From: Acidobacteriota bacterium
GTDB lineage: Bacteria; Acidobacteriota; UBA6911; RPQK01; JAJDTT01
Length of the DNA stretch: 64,000 nt
NCBI GenBank assembly: GCA_965263035.1
Contig: OZ253580.1
Coordinates: 2,144,001-2,208,000 of the forward strand
Reading direction: 5' to 3'
The notes under the pieces are model-generated. The model searched no databases. It worked only from the letters and a program-made list of their open reading frames with translations, and had not been told where the DNA came from. A program made the position numbers and the translations under genes. Below, piece after piece: positions 44,782 through 53,191 of the stretch. Within the stretch, counting starts at the first letter, position 1. The number at the start of each line of letters is the position of its first letter.

Positions 44782-44851
44782 GGGAGCAGGGGCTTAACAG
44801 CCGCCGGATTCGGGTCGGTGTTGAAGAGGGGGACAAGAATGTCCCCCCTCC
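44782..44851. repeat. GGAG-type REP doublet between convergent genes
   Basis: GGGAGCAGGGGCTTAACAGCCGCC ... GAGGGGGACAAGAATGTCCCCCCTCC; about 40 bp shared with 26293-26332. Confidence 0.75.
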
Positions 44852-44859
44852 TACTTTCC

Positions 44860-46146
44860 TCATCCGGCCTGGATGGTCCGCTTCTCCGGGTCGAAGACCA
44901 TGCGTTTCCCGCTCCAGTAGGCATCGGTCGCCATGATGCAGGCGATGGAGTGACCGTAGCCGGCCTCGACGGGAGCATACAGCCGTTTCGAATCTCGACT
45001 GCGGACGGCGTCGAGCCAGTTGGCCATGTGGTCGGTCTCTCCGGGATCCCCTTCAACCGGGACTCTGTCTGCCACTCTGCCGTCGGCCTTCACCCCTTTT
45101 CCGGAGAAATACCAGTCGTTGTCACGATGGGAAATGGCCTCGCCCTTGAAACTTCCCAGGGTCCCGTGGACCCGGGTGCCGCTGCCGTACCCGTTGATCC
45201 AGTTGGTGGAGTAGACCGTCAGGAACTTCCGGTCACCCTTCCGGTACTCCAGGGTGATCTCCTGAGTGTCCGGATTCTCCCGGTAGTCCTTCCATTGGTA
45301 GATCCCGCCATGGGCCACGACGCTCGAGGGATAGGTGACACCCGTCAGCATGTGCGCCAGGTCGATGCCGTGGCTCATCCACTGGTCGATGATGCCGCTG
45401 GAGAAGTCCTTGAAGAGCCGGAAGCAGCGAAAGATCCGGGGGTCGAAGGGCCGGTAGGGTCGGCCCATGAGCCAGGTGTTCCAATCCAGATCGCTCTCCT
45501 TGGCCATCAGGATGTCCTTTTCCTTCCGGGCCCAACGATAAGGACTGTGCTTGCTCCAATGGAAGTCGGCCTTGACGACGTCACCGATGAATCCTTCGGC
45601 AATCATGCGGCTGGCCTGGCGATACTTGGGATTGGCCCGTCTCTGGGTCCCGATCTGGACGATGGTGTCGGATTTGCGCACCGCGTCCAGGGCCGCGTTG
45701 GCTTCCTCCAGCACGTTGGCCATGGGTTTTTCGCAGTAGGCGTCCTTCCCCGCGTCGGCGGCCAACTTCAGAATCTGAGCGTGGGCGTGGTCGGGGGTGG
45801 CGATGATCAGAGCGTCCACGTCGGCATCCGCCAGGATCTCTTCGTGATGACGGTAGGCCCTGGGGGCGTGGCCCTGCTCGGCCTTCGCCAGCTCCACCGC
45901 ATTTTCGCGGCGATAGTTCCAGAGGTCGCAGACGGCGACGAGTCGAGCGTTGAACCGCCGGTTCATCTGAAAGAACCGCTTCAGTCTGCCGGTGCCGCGC
46001 CCTCCCGGCCCCACGATTCCCAGGTTGAGGCGATCGTTGACGTTGCGAGCGCTGACGATGCCGGGAAAGCCGGCCAGGGCCAGACCCGCTCCGGCTCCGG
46101 CCGAACGGGAAAGAAAGGAACGACGATGGATGGAAGCTTGACTCAT
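44860..46146 (-). CDS. Tat-exported Gfo/Idh/MocA oxidoreductase
   Basis: HRRSFL Tat motif, VGPGGRG, ATPDHAH, YCEKP, QWMSHGID. Confidence 0.92.
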   Translation of the reverse strand: MSQASIHRRSFLSRSAGAGAGLALAGFPGIVSARNVNDRLNLGIVGPGGRGTGRLKRFFQMNRRFNARLVAVCDLWNYRRENAVELAKAEQGHAPRAYRHHEEILADADVDALIIATPDHAHAQILKLAADAGKDAYCEKPMANVLEEANAALDAVRKSDTIVQIGTQRRANPKYRQASRMIAEGFIGDVVKADFHWSKHSPYRWARKEKDILMAKESDLDWNTWLMGRPYRPFDPRIFRCFRLFKDFSSGIIDQWMSHGIDLAHMLTGVTYPSSVVAHGGIYQWKDYRENPDTQEITLEYRKGDRKFLTVYSTNWINGYGSGTRVHGTLGSFKGEAISHRDNDWYFSGKGVKADGRVADRVPVEGDPGETDHMANWLDAVRSRDSKRLYAPVEAGYGHSIACIMATDAYWSGKRMVFDPEKRTIQAG

Positions 46147-46293
46147 GAGCGGTTTCTCCTCACTGGAAGGATCCGGTCAGCGCCCGGACCGGACGACGGA
46201 CGTGACTGCCGAGACTTGAAAAGTATTGATACGGGAAATGCTACAGGAGGACTCCGGCTCGGGGCAAGAGCGGCGGACTTGGGAGGAGGGATA

Positions 46294-46371
46294 GGAGGGG
46301 AGACTTTTAGTCCCCCATTCCGTTTTTGCCGTACTTTACTCGGGAGTTCGGCGGTTGGAAACCGCCGCTCC
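46294..46371. repeat. GGAG-type REP doublet
   Basis: GGAGGGGAGACTTTTAGTCCCCC ... GGCGGTTGGAAACCGCCGCTCC. Confidence 0.75.
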
Positions 46372-46412
46372 AGCCGCCACTCCCGATTTCCCCCCAAAGA
46401 GACCTGCTACCG

Positions 46413-46453
46413 CTATCAATAGTGAAAAAGGAGCCAAATTTGTCTATTGATAG
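46413..46453. promoter_or_regulatory. Putative operator pair in divergent intergenic region
   Basis: CTATCAATAG (46413-46422) and CTATTGATAG (46444-46453) form a perfect inverted repeat; related GTATTGATAC at 46223-46232. Confidence 0.62.
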
Positions 46454-46584
46454 TAAATTCTTCGCCAACGATCCAAAGACGACCCCAAGTGAGCAGCGGG
46501 TTTCGAGTCCCCCGAACTCCCCCGTAGGCGGCAGGTAATCTCCCGCTCCTGGCGGCGTGATTCGGTCCGAACTATAGTGGATCT

Positions 46585-49356
46585 ATGTCATCCACGACTC
46601 TTCCCATACGATGTCCTGCCTGCTCTTCCCCATCAACACTCAACTCCCGGGTTTTCGCCGCCGGTCTGGTCCTGTCGGCGTGGCTGCTGCTGGGCGGACC
46701 TTACGCCGGAGCGACGATCACACTTGAGGTCGGCAAGAGCAACGGGGCGCTTCCCTTCCCTCAAACCAACGGGCGGCAGATCGCCAGGAATTCGGACGGC
46801 ATCTGGTTTCTGGCCTACGACTCCATGACCGGGGGGCGCTCCTCAATCTTCCTGGCCGCCTCCAGGGACGGGACTCCCGAGTTCGCCGGCGATTTCCATC
46901 CGGCCGTGGCCATTGCCGGCGGTTCGGACGAGGCGGTCCTGGCCGAGGTGGTCCGGGACGCCAGCGTGGCCAGCCTAGTCATCGACGAAGACGACGTCCT
47001 GCATCTGGTTTGGCAAAGCTCCGACCCCGAGGGCATCTGGTACAGCCGCTGCTCCGTCAAGGGGAAGGAACCGGCGGCCGCCTTTCGGAACGCGGTTCTG
47101 TGGACGGGAGCCGGCGGGGGTCAAGGCGCCGAGCGGATCGATGACGGTGTATCCCCACAACTCGGAGACGTGGTCATCGACGAGAAAGGGCAACTCCGGA
47201 TCCTCTACAGCCAGACGGTGGAGGTACCGCCGGACCACGTCTTTCACCTCCTGGCCAAGGGACATCCCTACTCCCGCCGCCTCCGCCGGGAACCGGCGGG
47301 GCAGATCTGGGCGGCCTCTCCCAAGGCGGATGGTTGGACACGAAGGCCGCTGACTCTGCCTGGAGACTACGGCCCGCCGGTGGCGGACCTGGACCCCCAA
47401 GGAACCCTGCACCTGACTTCCGCCCGGGACGGTTCCTGGTTTATCTTCTATCTACAACTGCCCGATTTCGCGGGAGGCCTCGATCAGGGCCGGGACTTCA
47501 CCGCCGTCGCTCCCCATGTTCCCTGGAGCGGGACCGGTTACGTAAGCCACAGCGTGGTGGGCTGGGGCCGGACGGCCCTGGTGGTGTGGGAGAAGGTGGA
47601 GCACCAACTCCAATATGCCTACTACGACGGACGAACTTGGACGGTTCAGCCGCTGCATCATAGTCAGGAGGCCTTACACCATCCCATCCTGGCCCGCGAC
47701 GAGCACGGCGTGGCCTGGGTCTTCTGGACCAACACCACCCGAAGCCACAGCTTCTACTCCCGCTGGCTGGGTTCCCGGTTCTCCGCTCCCTACGAGTGCC
47801 GGATGGTGGGCGGGGACCCCGTCTCCCACGAGGAGGCCACCCGGGCGCCTTCTCTCAGCCACTCCCACACCGTCGAACGAAACTCGCGGGAGGGGTCCGG
47901 GACTCTGGGAATGGCGCTCTCCGTCCAGGCCCCCGCTGGTAGCGTCTACTTCGACCCGCTGCTGGTGCCCGACCTGAACCCGGAGCCGGGGAGGAAGGTG
48001 CTGTTTCTGGACATGCTGGAGGTCAGCGCCCTCGACGGTCTGGACGAGTCTTTCCAGCCGATGCGAAAGCACCCGGCCAATCCGGTGCTCCGGCCGGGTC
48101 CGGCCGGGAGCTGGGACGACAAGCGGGCCATCGCATACGGGGAGGTCTTCCACGAGGAAGGCCGGTTCCGCATGTGGTACGCGGGGATCGACCGGCAGGC
48201 CAGCGGCTACATGGTGGGCTACGCCGAGAGCGAGGATGGAATCGACTGGGTCAAGCCGGTCCTGAACCAGGTAGAGTACAAAGGCTCCACGGAGAACAAC
48301 ATCCTGGACCTCGCCTACAACCCGTACGGCTACTGGACCATGATGGTCAAGGACGAACGGGAACCGGACCCCGAAAAGCACTACAAGGTGCTGGTGGCCC
48401 ACACCGGAGGAAACCGGCTCCACACCTCGCCCGACGGGCTTCGGTGGACCGAGGGGATCGTGGTCAATCCCGACCGGCTGCCGTCGGGAGAGCGGAATCC
48501 GGGCCGCTTCGGAGACCGGAGAGGCCTCTTCGATGACTCTCTGGAGAAGGATCCGGAAAGGCGCTGGAAAGTCTTCGGCCGTACCTGTACCGGCCCGGAA
48601 CAGCTGATCCCCCGGCGCACCCGGCGGACCTGCCGCTACTGGAGTCCCGACCTGATCCGATGGACGCCCGACCCCCGCAATCCGGTCATGGTCCCGCGGG
48701 CCGGGACCGAGGTGGAGCAGCATGCCATGTCGGTCTGGATCGACGCCGGGATGTACCTGGGGATGTTCGACGTCTGGGACGAGATGCAGCTAAGTCCCCA
48801 ACAACTGGTGGTGAGCCGGGACGGGCGGAACTTCGTCCACGTCTTCGACGGGTCCTATGCCATTGAGTTGGGTGAACCGGGGACCTGGGATGAAGGCTGG
48901 GTCTCGCCCATCAACGTTCCCATTGCGGTGGGGGACGAGCTCTGGAACTACTACTCCGGGGGGCCGGTGACCATCGGACCCTTCCACGACTGGAACACCC
49001 TGCCCATGTACACGGGCCTGGCTACGATCCGCCGGGACGGCTTCGTGGGCCTGGACGTCCAGAAAGGACGTTCGGCGGGTTGGTTCACGACCCTGCCCCT
49101 GAAGCCGGGAGCCGAGGTGCTGAGTCTGGAGGTGAACGCCGACGGGTTGGCGCGCGGCGCCGGACGCATTTCCGTGGATCTGCTCCGGGGCGGCGAAGTT
49201 CTGGCCACCAGCAACGCCGTCACCGAGGATGGGGTGGCGACTCCAGTTCGGTGGCCGGTGGGCGGCAGCCGGCTGCGAATGCCTGAATCGGGGCAACTGC
49301 GGTTGCGATTCCGGCTGGAGGGCGAGGCACGTCTCTACAGCTTCACCTTTCGGTAG
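46585..49356 (+). CDS. Two-domain exported propeller protein with C-terminal GH32-like module
   Basis: Signal/TM; HPANPVLRPG..WDD, FRMWYAG, SEDGIDW, IRRDGFVGL...LYSFTFR; TATAGT 6 nt before ATG. Confidence 0.75.
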   Translation: MSSTTLPIRCPACSSPSTLNSRVFAAGLVLSAWLLLGGPYAGATITLEVGKSNGALPFPQTNGRQIARNSDGIWFLAYDSMTGGRSSIFLAASRDGTPEFAGDFHPAVAIAGGSDEAVLAEVVRDASVASLVIDEDDVLHLVWQSSDPEGIWYSRCSVKGKEPAAAFRNAVLWTGAGGGQGAERIDDGVSPQLGDVVIDEKGQLRILYSQTVEVPPDHVFHLLAKGHPYSRRLRREPAGQIWAASPKADGWTRRPLTLPGDYGPPVADLDPQGTLHLTSARDGSWFIFYLQLPDFAGGLDQGRDFTAVAPHVPWSGTGYVSHSVVGWGRTALVVWEKVEHQLQYAYYDGRTWTVQPLHHSQEALHHPILARDEHGVAWVFWTNTTRSHSFYSRWLGSRFSAPYECRMVGGDPVSHEEATRAPSLSHSHTVERNSREGSGTLGMALSVQAPAGSVYFDPLLVPDLNPEPGRKVLFLDMLEVSALDGLDESFQPMRKHPANPVLRPGPAGSWDDKRAIAYGEVFHEEGRFRMWYAGIDRQASGYMVGYAESEDGIDWVKPVLNQVEYKGSTENNILDLAYNPYGYWTMMVKDEREPDPEKHYKVLVAHTGGNRLHTSPDGLRWTEGIVVNPDRLPSGERNPGRFGDRRGLFDDSLEKDPERRWKVFGRTCTGPEQLIPRRTRRTCRYWSPDLIRWTPDPRNPVMVPRAGTEVEQHAMSVWIDAGMYLGMFDVWDEMQLSPQQLVVSRDGRNFVHVFDGSYAIELGEPGTWDEGWVSPINVPIAVGDELWNYYSGGPVTIGPFHDWNTLPMYTGLATIRRDGFVGLDVQKGRSAGWFTTLPLKPGAEVLSLEVNADGLARGAGRISVDLLRGGEVLATSNAVTEDGVATPVRWPVGGSRLRMPESGQLRLRFRLEGEARLYSFTFR

Positions 49357-49389
49357 AGGGTCGACCCGACACTCCATGGAGGATTCTCG

Positions 49390-51201
49390 ATGCACCGACT
49401 CACCATTCTGTTCTTCCTGGCCGGCTCTTCTCTGATCCATGCCGGGACCCGGATCACCCTGGACAACCCCATGCCCCCTCCGGCGTGGGCTCTGGCGCAG
49501 CGTGCTCTCCTGGAGGCCAACGCCGAGGAGGCCCAGCGGCTCGCCGACAGGTACATGGACGAACGTGGCTGGCTGGCCATCACGCCCAACTGGGGCGGGA
49601 TGGACGGGGCTGACGACGTCATGGAGAGGTTCCGGCACTGGCCCCTGCTCTACATCCTGGGAGGATCCGAATCGGTTCTCGCCACCTACAAGAAGATCTG
49701 GGAGGGGCACCTGGAGCAGTACACCGAGGCCCGGGAGCCGCTGGTGGAGGTGGTCCGGGAAGGGATGTATTACCGGGAGTTCTGTCCTTCCTTCGACTGG
49801 GAACATATCGGCGAAGGCATGGCGGGCTGGTACTGGTACGGGATGGCGCGTCCCCGGGATCCCGGGTACCTGATCCGCGCGCGGCGGTTCAGCTCCTTCT
49901 ACATGAACGAGGACCCGTCGACCCCCAACTACGACCCGGAACACAAGATTATCCGCAGTCTCTTCAACGGCAGCCGGGGACCCCTTCTGGGGGTTCCCAC
50001 CGAGGCTCACTGGGCAGGACCGCCCCGTCCCCGGCACGATCCCCGGCCGGGCCGGCCCCGAAGGACCCTCCGGTTCTCCCGCCAGGGCTACATGGTGGAC
50101 CTGAGCGGTGACCACCCGCTGAACCTCATGGCCACGAATCTGGCCATGACGGCCTTCATGCTCACCCACGAGGAGAAGTACCGGAGCTGGATCCTGGAGT
50201 ACGTGGACGCCTGGAAGGAGCGGGCCCGGGAGAACGGCGGCAACATTCCCACCAATATCGGTCTGGACGGCAGCATCGGAGGCCAGTGGGACGGCAAGTG
50301 GTACGGCGGGGTTTACGGCTGGAACTTCCGTCCCCGTTACGACGAGTTCACCCCCGACCGTGAGGGAGAGCCCTACCCGGGGAGCAACATGTTCATCCGG
50401 GGATCGCGCATCGGTTTCGGCATCGCTCTGCTGCTGACGGGCAATCCCGAATACCCGGCCGTCCTCCGCCGCCAGATGGACAACCTGTATGCAGCCGGCC
50501 GGGAGGAGAACGGACGGTTTCTCATTCCCCGCAAGCACGGCGACGACGGTTGGTACGGATATACCGAAAACGTCTATCTGGAAGAGCAGATCGATCTGTA
50601 CCTCTGGTCTCTCGACACGTCTCTCGATCCGGTCCAACGCCGGCGGGTCTCGGCCCACCCTTGGATCCGCTACCTGGAGGGACGGCACGACGGCTACCCT
50701 CTGGAGGCGCTGCAACAGGATTTCGCTGTCATCGGCCGGCAGATGAAGCGGTTGCGGGAGGATGGGGCGACTCGAGACACCCGCTCCTCCACCGGTTTTG
50801 CTCGAACCGTCGCCGTGACCTCACTGCTCCATTTGATGCTGGGCGCCAACTACCCGGGCGGATCGGGGAACGCGCTCCATGCACAGGCGCGGTATTTCGA
50901 TCCGGACCGCCAGCGGCCCGGCCTGCCGCCCGGCGTCGGTGCGCTGGTGGAGAAGCTCGAGCCCGGATCGCTCACGTTGACGCTGGTCAACGTGAGTCCC
51001 GTGCACGCACGGGACGTTTTGGTCCAGACCGGCGGCTACGCCGAGCACCGGTGCCTGTCGGTGAAGGACGGGGACCGGGTGATCCCCGTGAACGACTCCC
51101 ATTTCCGGGTGAGACTGGAGCCGGGGAGCGGCGGGCGCCTCGTGTTGTCGCTGGAGCGCTACTCGAACACTCCGACCCTGGCATTCCCCTGGGATCGCTG
51201 A
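49390..51201 (+). CDS. Conserved exported hypothetical protein, copy A
   Basis: Signal peptide, GGAGG SD; WGGMDGADD, DWEHIGEG, RYFDPDRQRPGLP, PTLAFPWDR; near-identical paralog at 56326-58137. Confidence 0.8.
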   Translation: MHRLTILFFLAGSSLIHAGTRITLDNPMPPPAWALAQRALLEANAEEAQRLADRYMDERGWLAITPNWGGMDGADDVMERFRHWPLLYILGGSESVLATYKKIWEGHLEQYTEAREPLVEVVREGMYYREFCPSFDWEHIGEGMAGWYWYGMARPRDPGYLIRARRFSSFYMNEDPSTPNYDPEHKIIRSLFNGSRGPLLGVPTEAHWAGPPRPRHDPRPGRPRRTLRFSRQGYMVDLSGDHPLNLMATNLAMTAFMLTHEEKYRSWILEYVDAWKERARENGGNIPTNIGLDGSIGGQWDGKWYGGVYGWNFRPRYDEFTPDREGEPYPGSNMFIRGSRIGFGIALLLTGNPEYPAVLRRQMDNLYAAGREENGRFLIPRKHGDDGWYGYTENVYLEEQIDLYLWSLDTSLDPVQRRRVSAHPWIRYLEGRHDGYPLEALQQDFAVIGRQMKRLREDGATRDTRSSTGFARTVAVTSLLHLMLGANYPGGSGNALHAQARYFDPDRQRPGLPPGVGALVEKLEPGSLTLTLVNVSPVHARDVLVQTGGYAEHRCLSVKDGDRVIPVNDSHFRVRLEPGSGGRLVLSLERYSNTPTLAFPWDR

Positions 51202-51269
51202 CGGCGTCGGACCGGACGGATCGCGTGCCAATGGAACCGGACACTTCACGTGCTCACGAAAACTTGTAG

Positions 51270-51301
51270 ATGGTCAGGTTGAGAATCTAGTATTTGACCA
51301 T
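51270..51301 (+). promoter_or_regulatory. TA autoregulatory operator and likely leaderless promoter
   Basis: ATGGTCA-N18-TGACCAT inverted repeat overlapping TTGTAG..TAGTAT-N6-ATG. Confidence 0.62.
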
Positions 51302-51545
51302 GATCAAGTCCAACATTGCGCAGGCGAAAGCCCATCTCTCAGAGTACCTCCAGAGCGTCGAACGCGGTGAGACGGTGGTCCTGTGTCGACGTAATGTGCC
51401 CATTGCCGAGATCCGACCCCCTACGAAGCTGCCCATGAAGGAACGCCGGATCGGTACCGATCCGGGCCTGAGGATGCCCGACAGTTTCTTTGACCCACTT
51501 CCCGAGGACATCCTCCGGGCTTTCGGCGGTGGCGACGAGTCGTAG
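51300..51545 (+). CDS. Phd/YefM family antitoxin
   Basis: NIAQAKAHLSEYLQSVERGETVVLCRRNVPIAEI; DSFFDPLPEDIL; coupled to PIN gene. Confidence 0.92.
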   Translation: MIKSNIAQAKAHLSEYLQSVERGETVVLCRRNVPIAEIRPPTKLPMKERRIGTDPGLRMPDSFFDPLPEDILRAFGGGDES

Positions 51546-51931
51546 TGAGACTCTTGGTCGACACCTGTACTTTCCTCTGGTTGGCTGGTAACGATTCTCG
51601 TCTTACGGCCCGGGTTCGCGCTGCTTTCGTGAATCCGGCGAACGCCGTCTACCTCAGCTCGCTCTCAGTGTGGGAAATCGCCATCAAGCACCGGCTGGGC
51701 CGGCTACCGCTACCCGATTCACCCGGACGCTACGTAGTCCCGCAGCGGGAGCAACTGCAGATAGAATTGTTGGCCTTCGACGAGGCCTGCGCGGCACACG
51801 ACACTCAGCTACCCCCGTATCATTCCGACCCGTTCGACCGGGGTCTGGTGTCACAGGCGATCCTCCACGGGATGACCCTCGTGACGCCTGGTCCGGAAAT
51901 CGCCCGCTATCCTGCACCCACACTCTGGTGA
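51545..51931 (+). CDS. VapC/PIN toxin
   Basis: LLVDT, SVWEIAIK, HSDPFDR; last motif is LVTPG rather than LVTxD. Confidence 0.92.
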   Translation: MRLLVDTCTFLWLAGNDSRLTARVRAAFVNPANAVYLSSLSVWEIAIKHRLGRLPLPDSPGRYVVPQREQLQIELLAFDEACAAHDTQLPPYHSDPFDRGLVSQAILHGMTLVTPGPEIARYPAPTLW

Positions 51932-51951
51932 TTAGGCGGACGGCCGCGAAT

Positions 51952-52005
51952 CAGTTCACCACACACTTGGACCAAACCACCCTGGCGTTCCCATGGGAAC
52001 GCTGA
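51952..52005 (+). pseudogene. Remnant 3' end of the 49390-family gene
   Basis: ACCCTGGCGTTCCCATGGGAACGCTGA (TLAFPWER*) matches 51175-51201 at 24 of 27 bases. Confidence 0.75.
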
Positions 52006-52063
52006 TCGATCCGAATGGTGGAGCAACGAGACGGCGGAGCTACCTCCGGTTGGCGAAGTCCCG

Positions 52064-52328
52064 TCAGGAACGAGTCCCCGCCTCCCCCATCAGCGACGCC
52101 AAGATCTCCATGGAGGAGACCGCTTGGCAATCGGTAAAGTGATCGATCTGGTGCCGGCAGGAGAAACCGGGCGCCACCACCGCGGTCCCGGAGGCGGCTT
52201 CCCGGAGAGCCGGAAAGAGGCGCAGCTCTCCCACCGCGCGGGAGACCTCGTAGTGCTTGCGCTCGTAACCGAACATCCCGGCCATGCCGCAGCAGCCGCT
52301 GTCCAGTGGAGTGACCTGCACTCCCGGG
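52064..52328 (-). pseudogene. 3' fragment of the FAD/Fe-S oxidoreductase
   Basis: 265 bp colinear with 58336-58600 (PGxQVTPLDSGCCGMAGMFGYERKHYEVS..SCRHQI); no 5' part. Confidence 0.92.
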
Positions 52329-52341
52329 TCCGTGCCAAGAA

Positions 52342-52408
52342 GCGAAAACGTGACTGTCCCCTTTTCGCACGCACGGGACCGAAAACGCACGCGACTGTCC
52401 CTTTTCGC
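52342..52408. repeat. Two degenerate GACTGTCCC(C)TTTTCGC hairpin units at the duplication junction
   Basis: GCGAAAACGTGACTGTCCCCTTTTCGC and CGAAAACGCACGCGACTGTCCCTTTTCGC. Confidence 0.7.
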
Positions 52409-52474
52409 AGGCATGCGATGTTTCACTTCTGTGCCGTTATACTGCAAGTGATTCAGCTGCAAAGGAGGTAGGCA

Positions 52475-52900
52475 GTGAAACCCATATCTTTGTTCCTCTC
52501 GGTCCTCATGGTCCTACATCCCAGCTTGCAGGCCGGTCCCCTCTCGGCACAGAAAGCGGTTCACCTGGTTTCGATCGAGGAGTTGCGGGACCAAGTCGCG
52601 GCACAAACGGCCGAACGCGCCAGCAACATTCGCGAAGTCCAGACCCTGCTCCGTCACCAGGGGGTTCAAAATCGCTTGGGGCACCTTTTCGACCTGGAGA
52701 AAGTCGCGGTTGCAGTCCCCACGCTGGACAACGAGACGTTGGCCGAGCTGGCCCGGCAAAGCGGGCAGGTGAACGAACAGTTCAGAGCCGGCGGCATGGG
52801 AATGATCTTGGCGCTCGTGATAGCTGTTGTCGTTGTCATCATCCTTGCGATCATATTGGTGAATAAGGCAGAGGATGTGGCCGAAACTGTACTCGGTTAA
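52475..52900 (+). CDS. PA2779-like small membrane protein
   Basis: AAGGAGG SD; signal peptide, helical core (LDNETLAELA), AGG followed by C-terminal TM; lower GC than flanks. Confidence 0.72.
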   Translation: MKPISLFLSVLMVLHPSLQAGPLSAQKAVHLVSIEELRDQVAAQTAERASNIREVQTLLRHQGVQNRLGHLFDLEKVAVAVPTLDNETLAELARQSGQVNEQFRAGGMGMILALVIAVVVVIILAIILVNKAEDVAETVLG

Positions 52901-52933
52901 CGCCTTTTCCCGCCATGGGCACGCTCTGTCGAC

Positions 52934-52972
52934 GTTAACAGCCCGTGGCAAAAGTCGCCACGGGCTGTTAAC
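52934..52972. mobile_element. Minimal MITE family B derivative (fused TIRs), possible terminator
   Basis: Perfect 16-bp inverted repeat GTTAACAGCCCGTGGC-AAAAGTC-GCCACGGGCTGTTAAC, resembling the TIRs of 5521-5680. Confidence 0.75.
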
Positions 52973-53191
52973 CGACTGAGCGGATCCGTGACCACAAGGA
53001 AGCGGAACGAGTACGGCGAGAGAATCTTCGGCTGCTTGTCGCGCCGGATCTCCGCACGGACGCTCAGCGTCCCGCGAAGACGGAACAGAATGATCGATAC
53101 TTGCGCCCGTAGCGAGGGAACCCGTCCAGCCGGACGATCAAGTATGGCCACCCTCCCTGCTTCTTGACTCCCGTCTCCCGCTGCGACTCTA

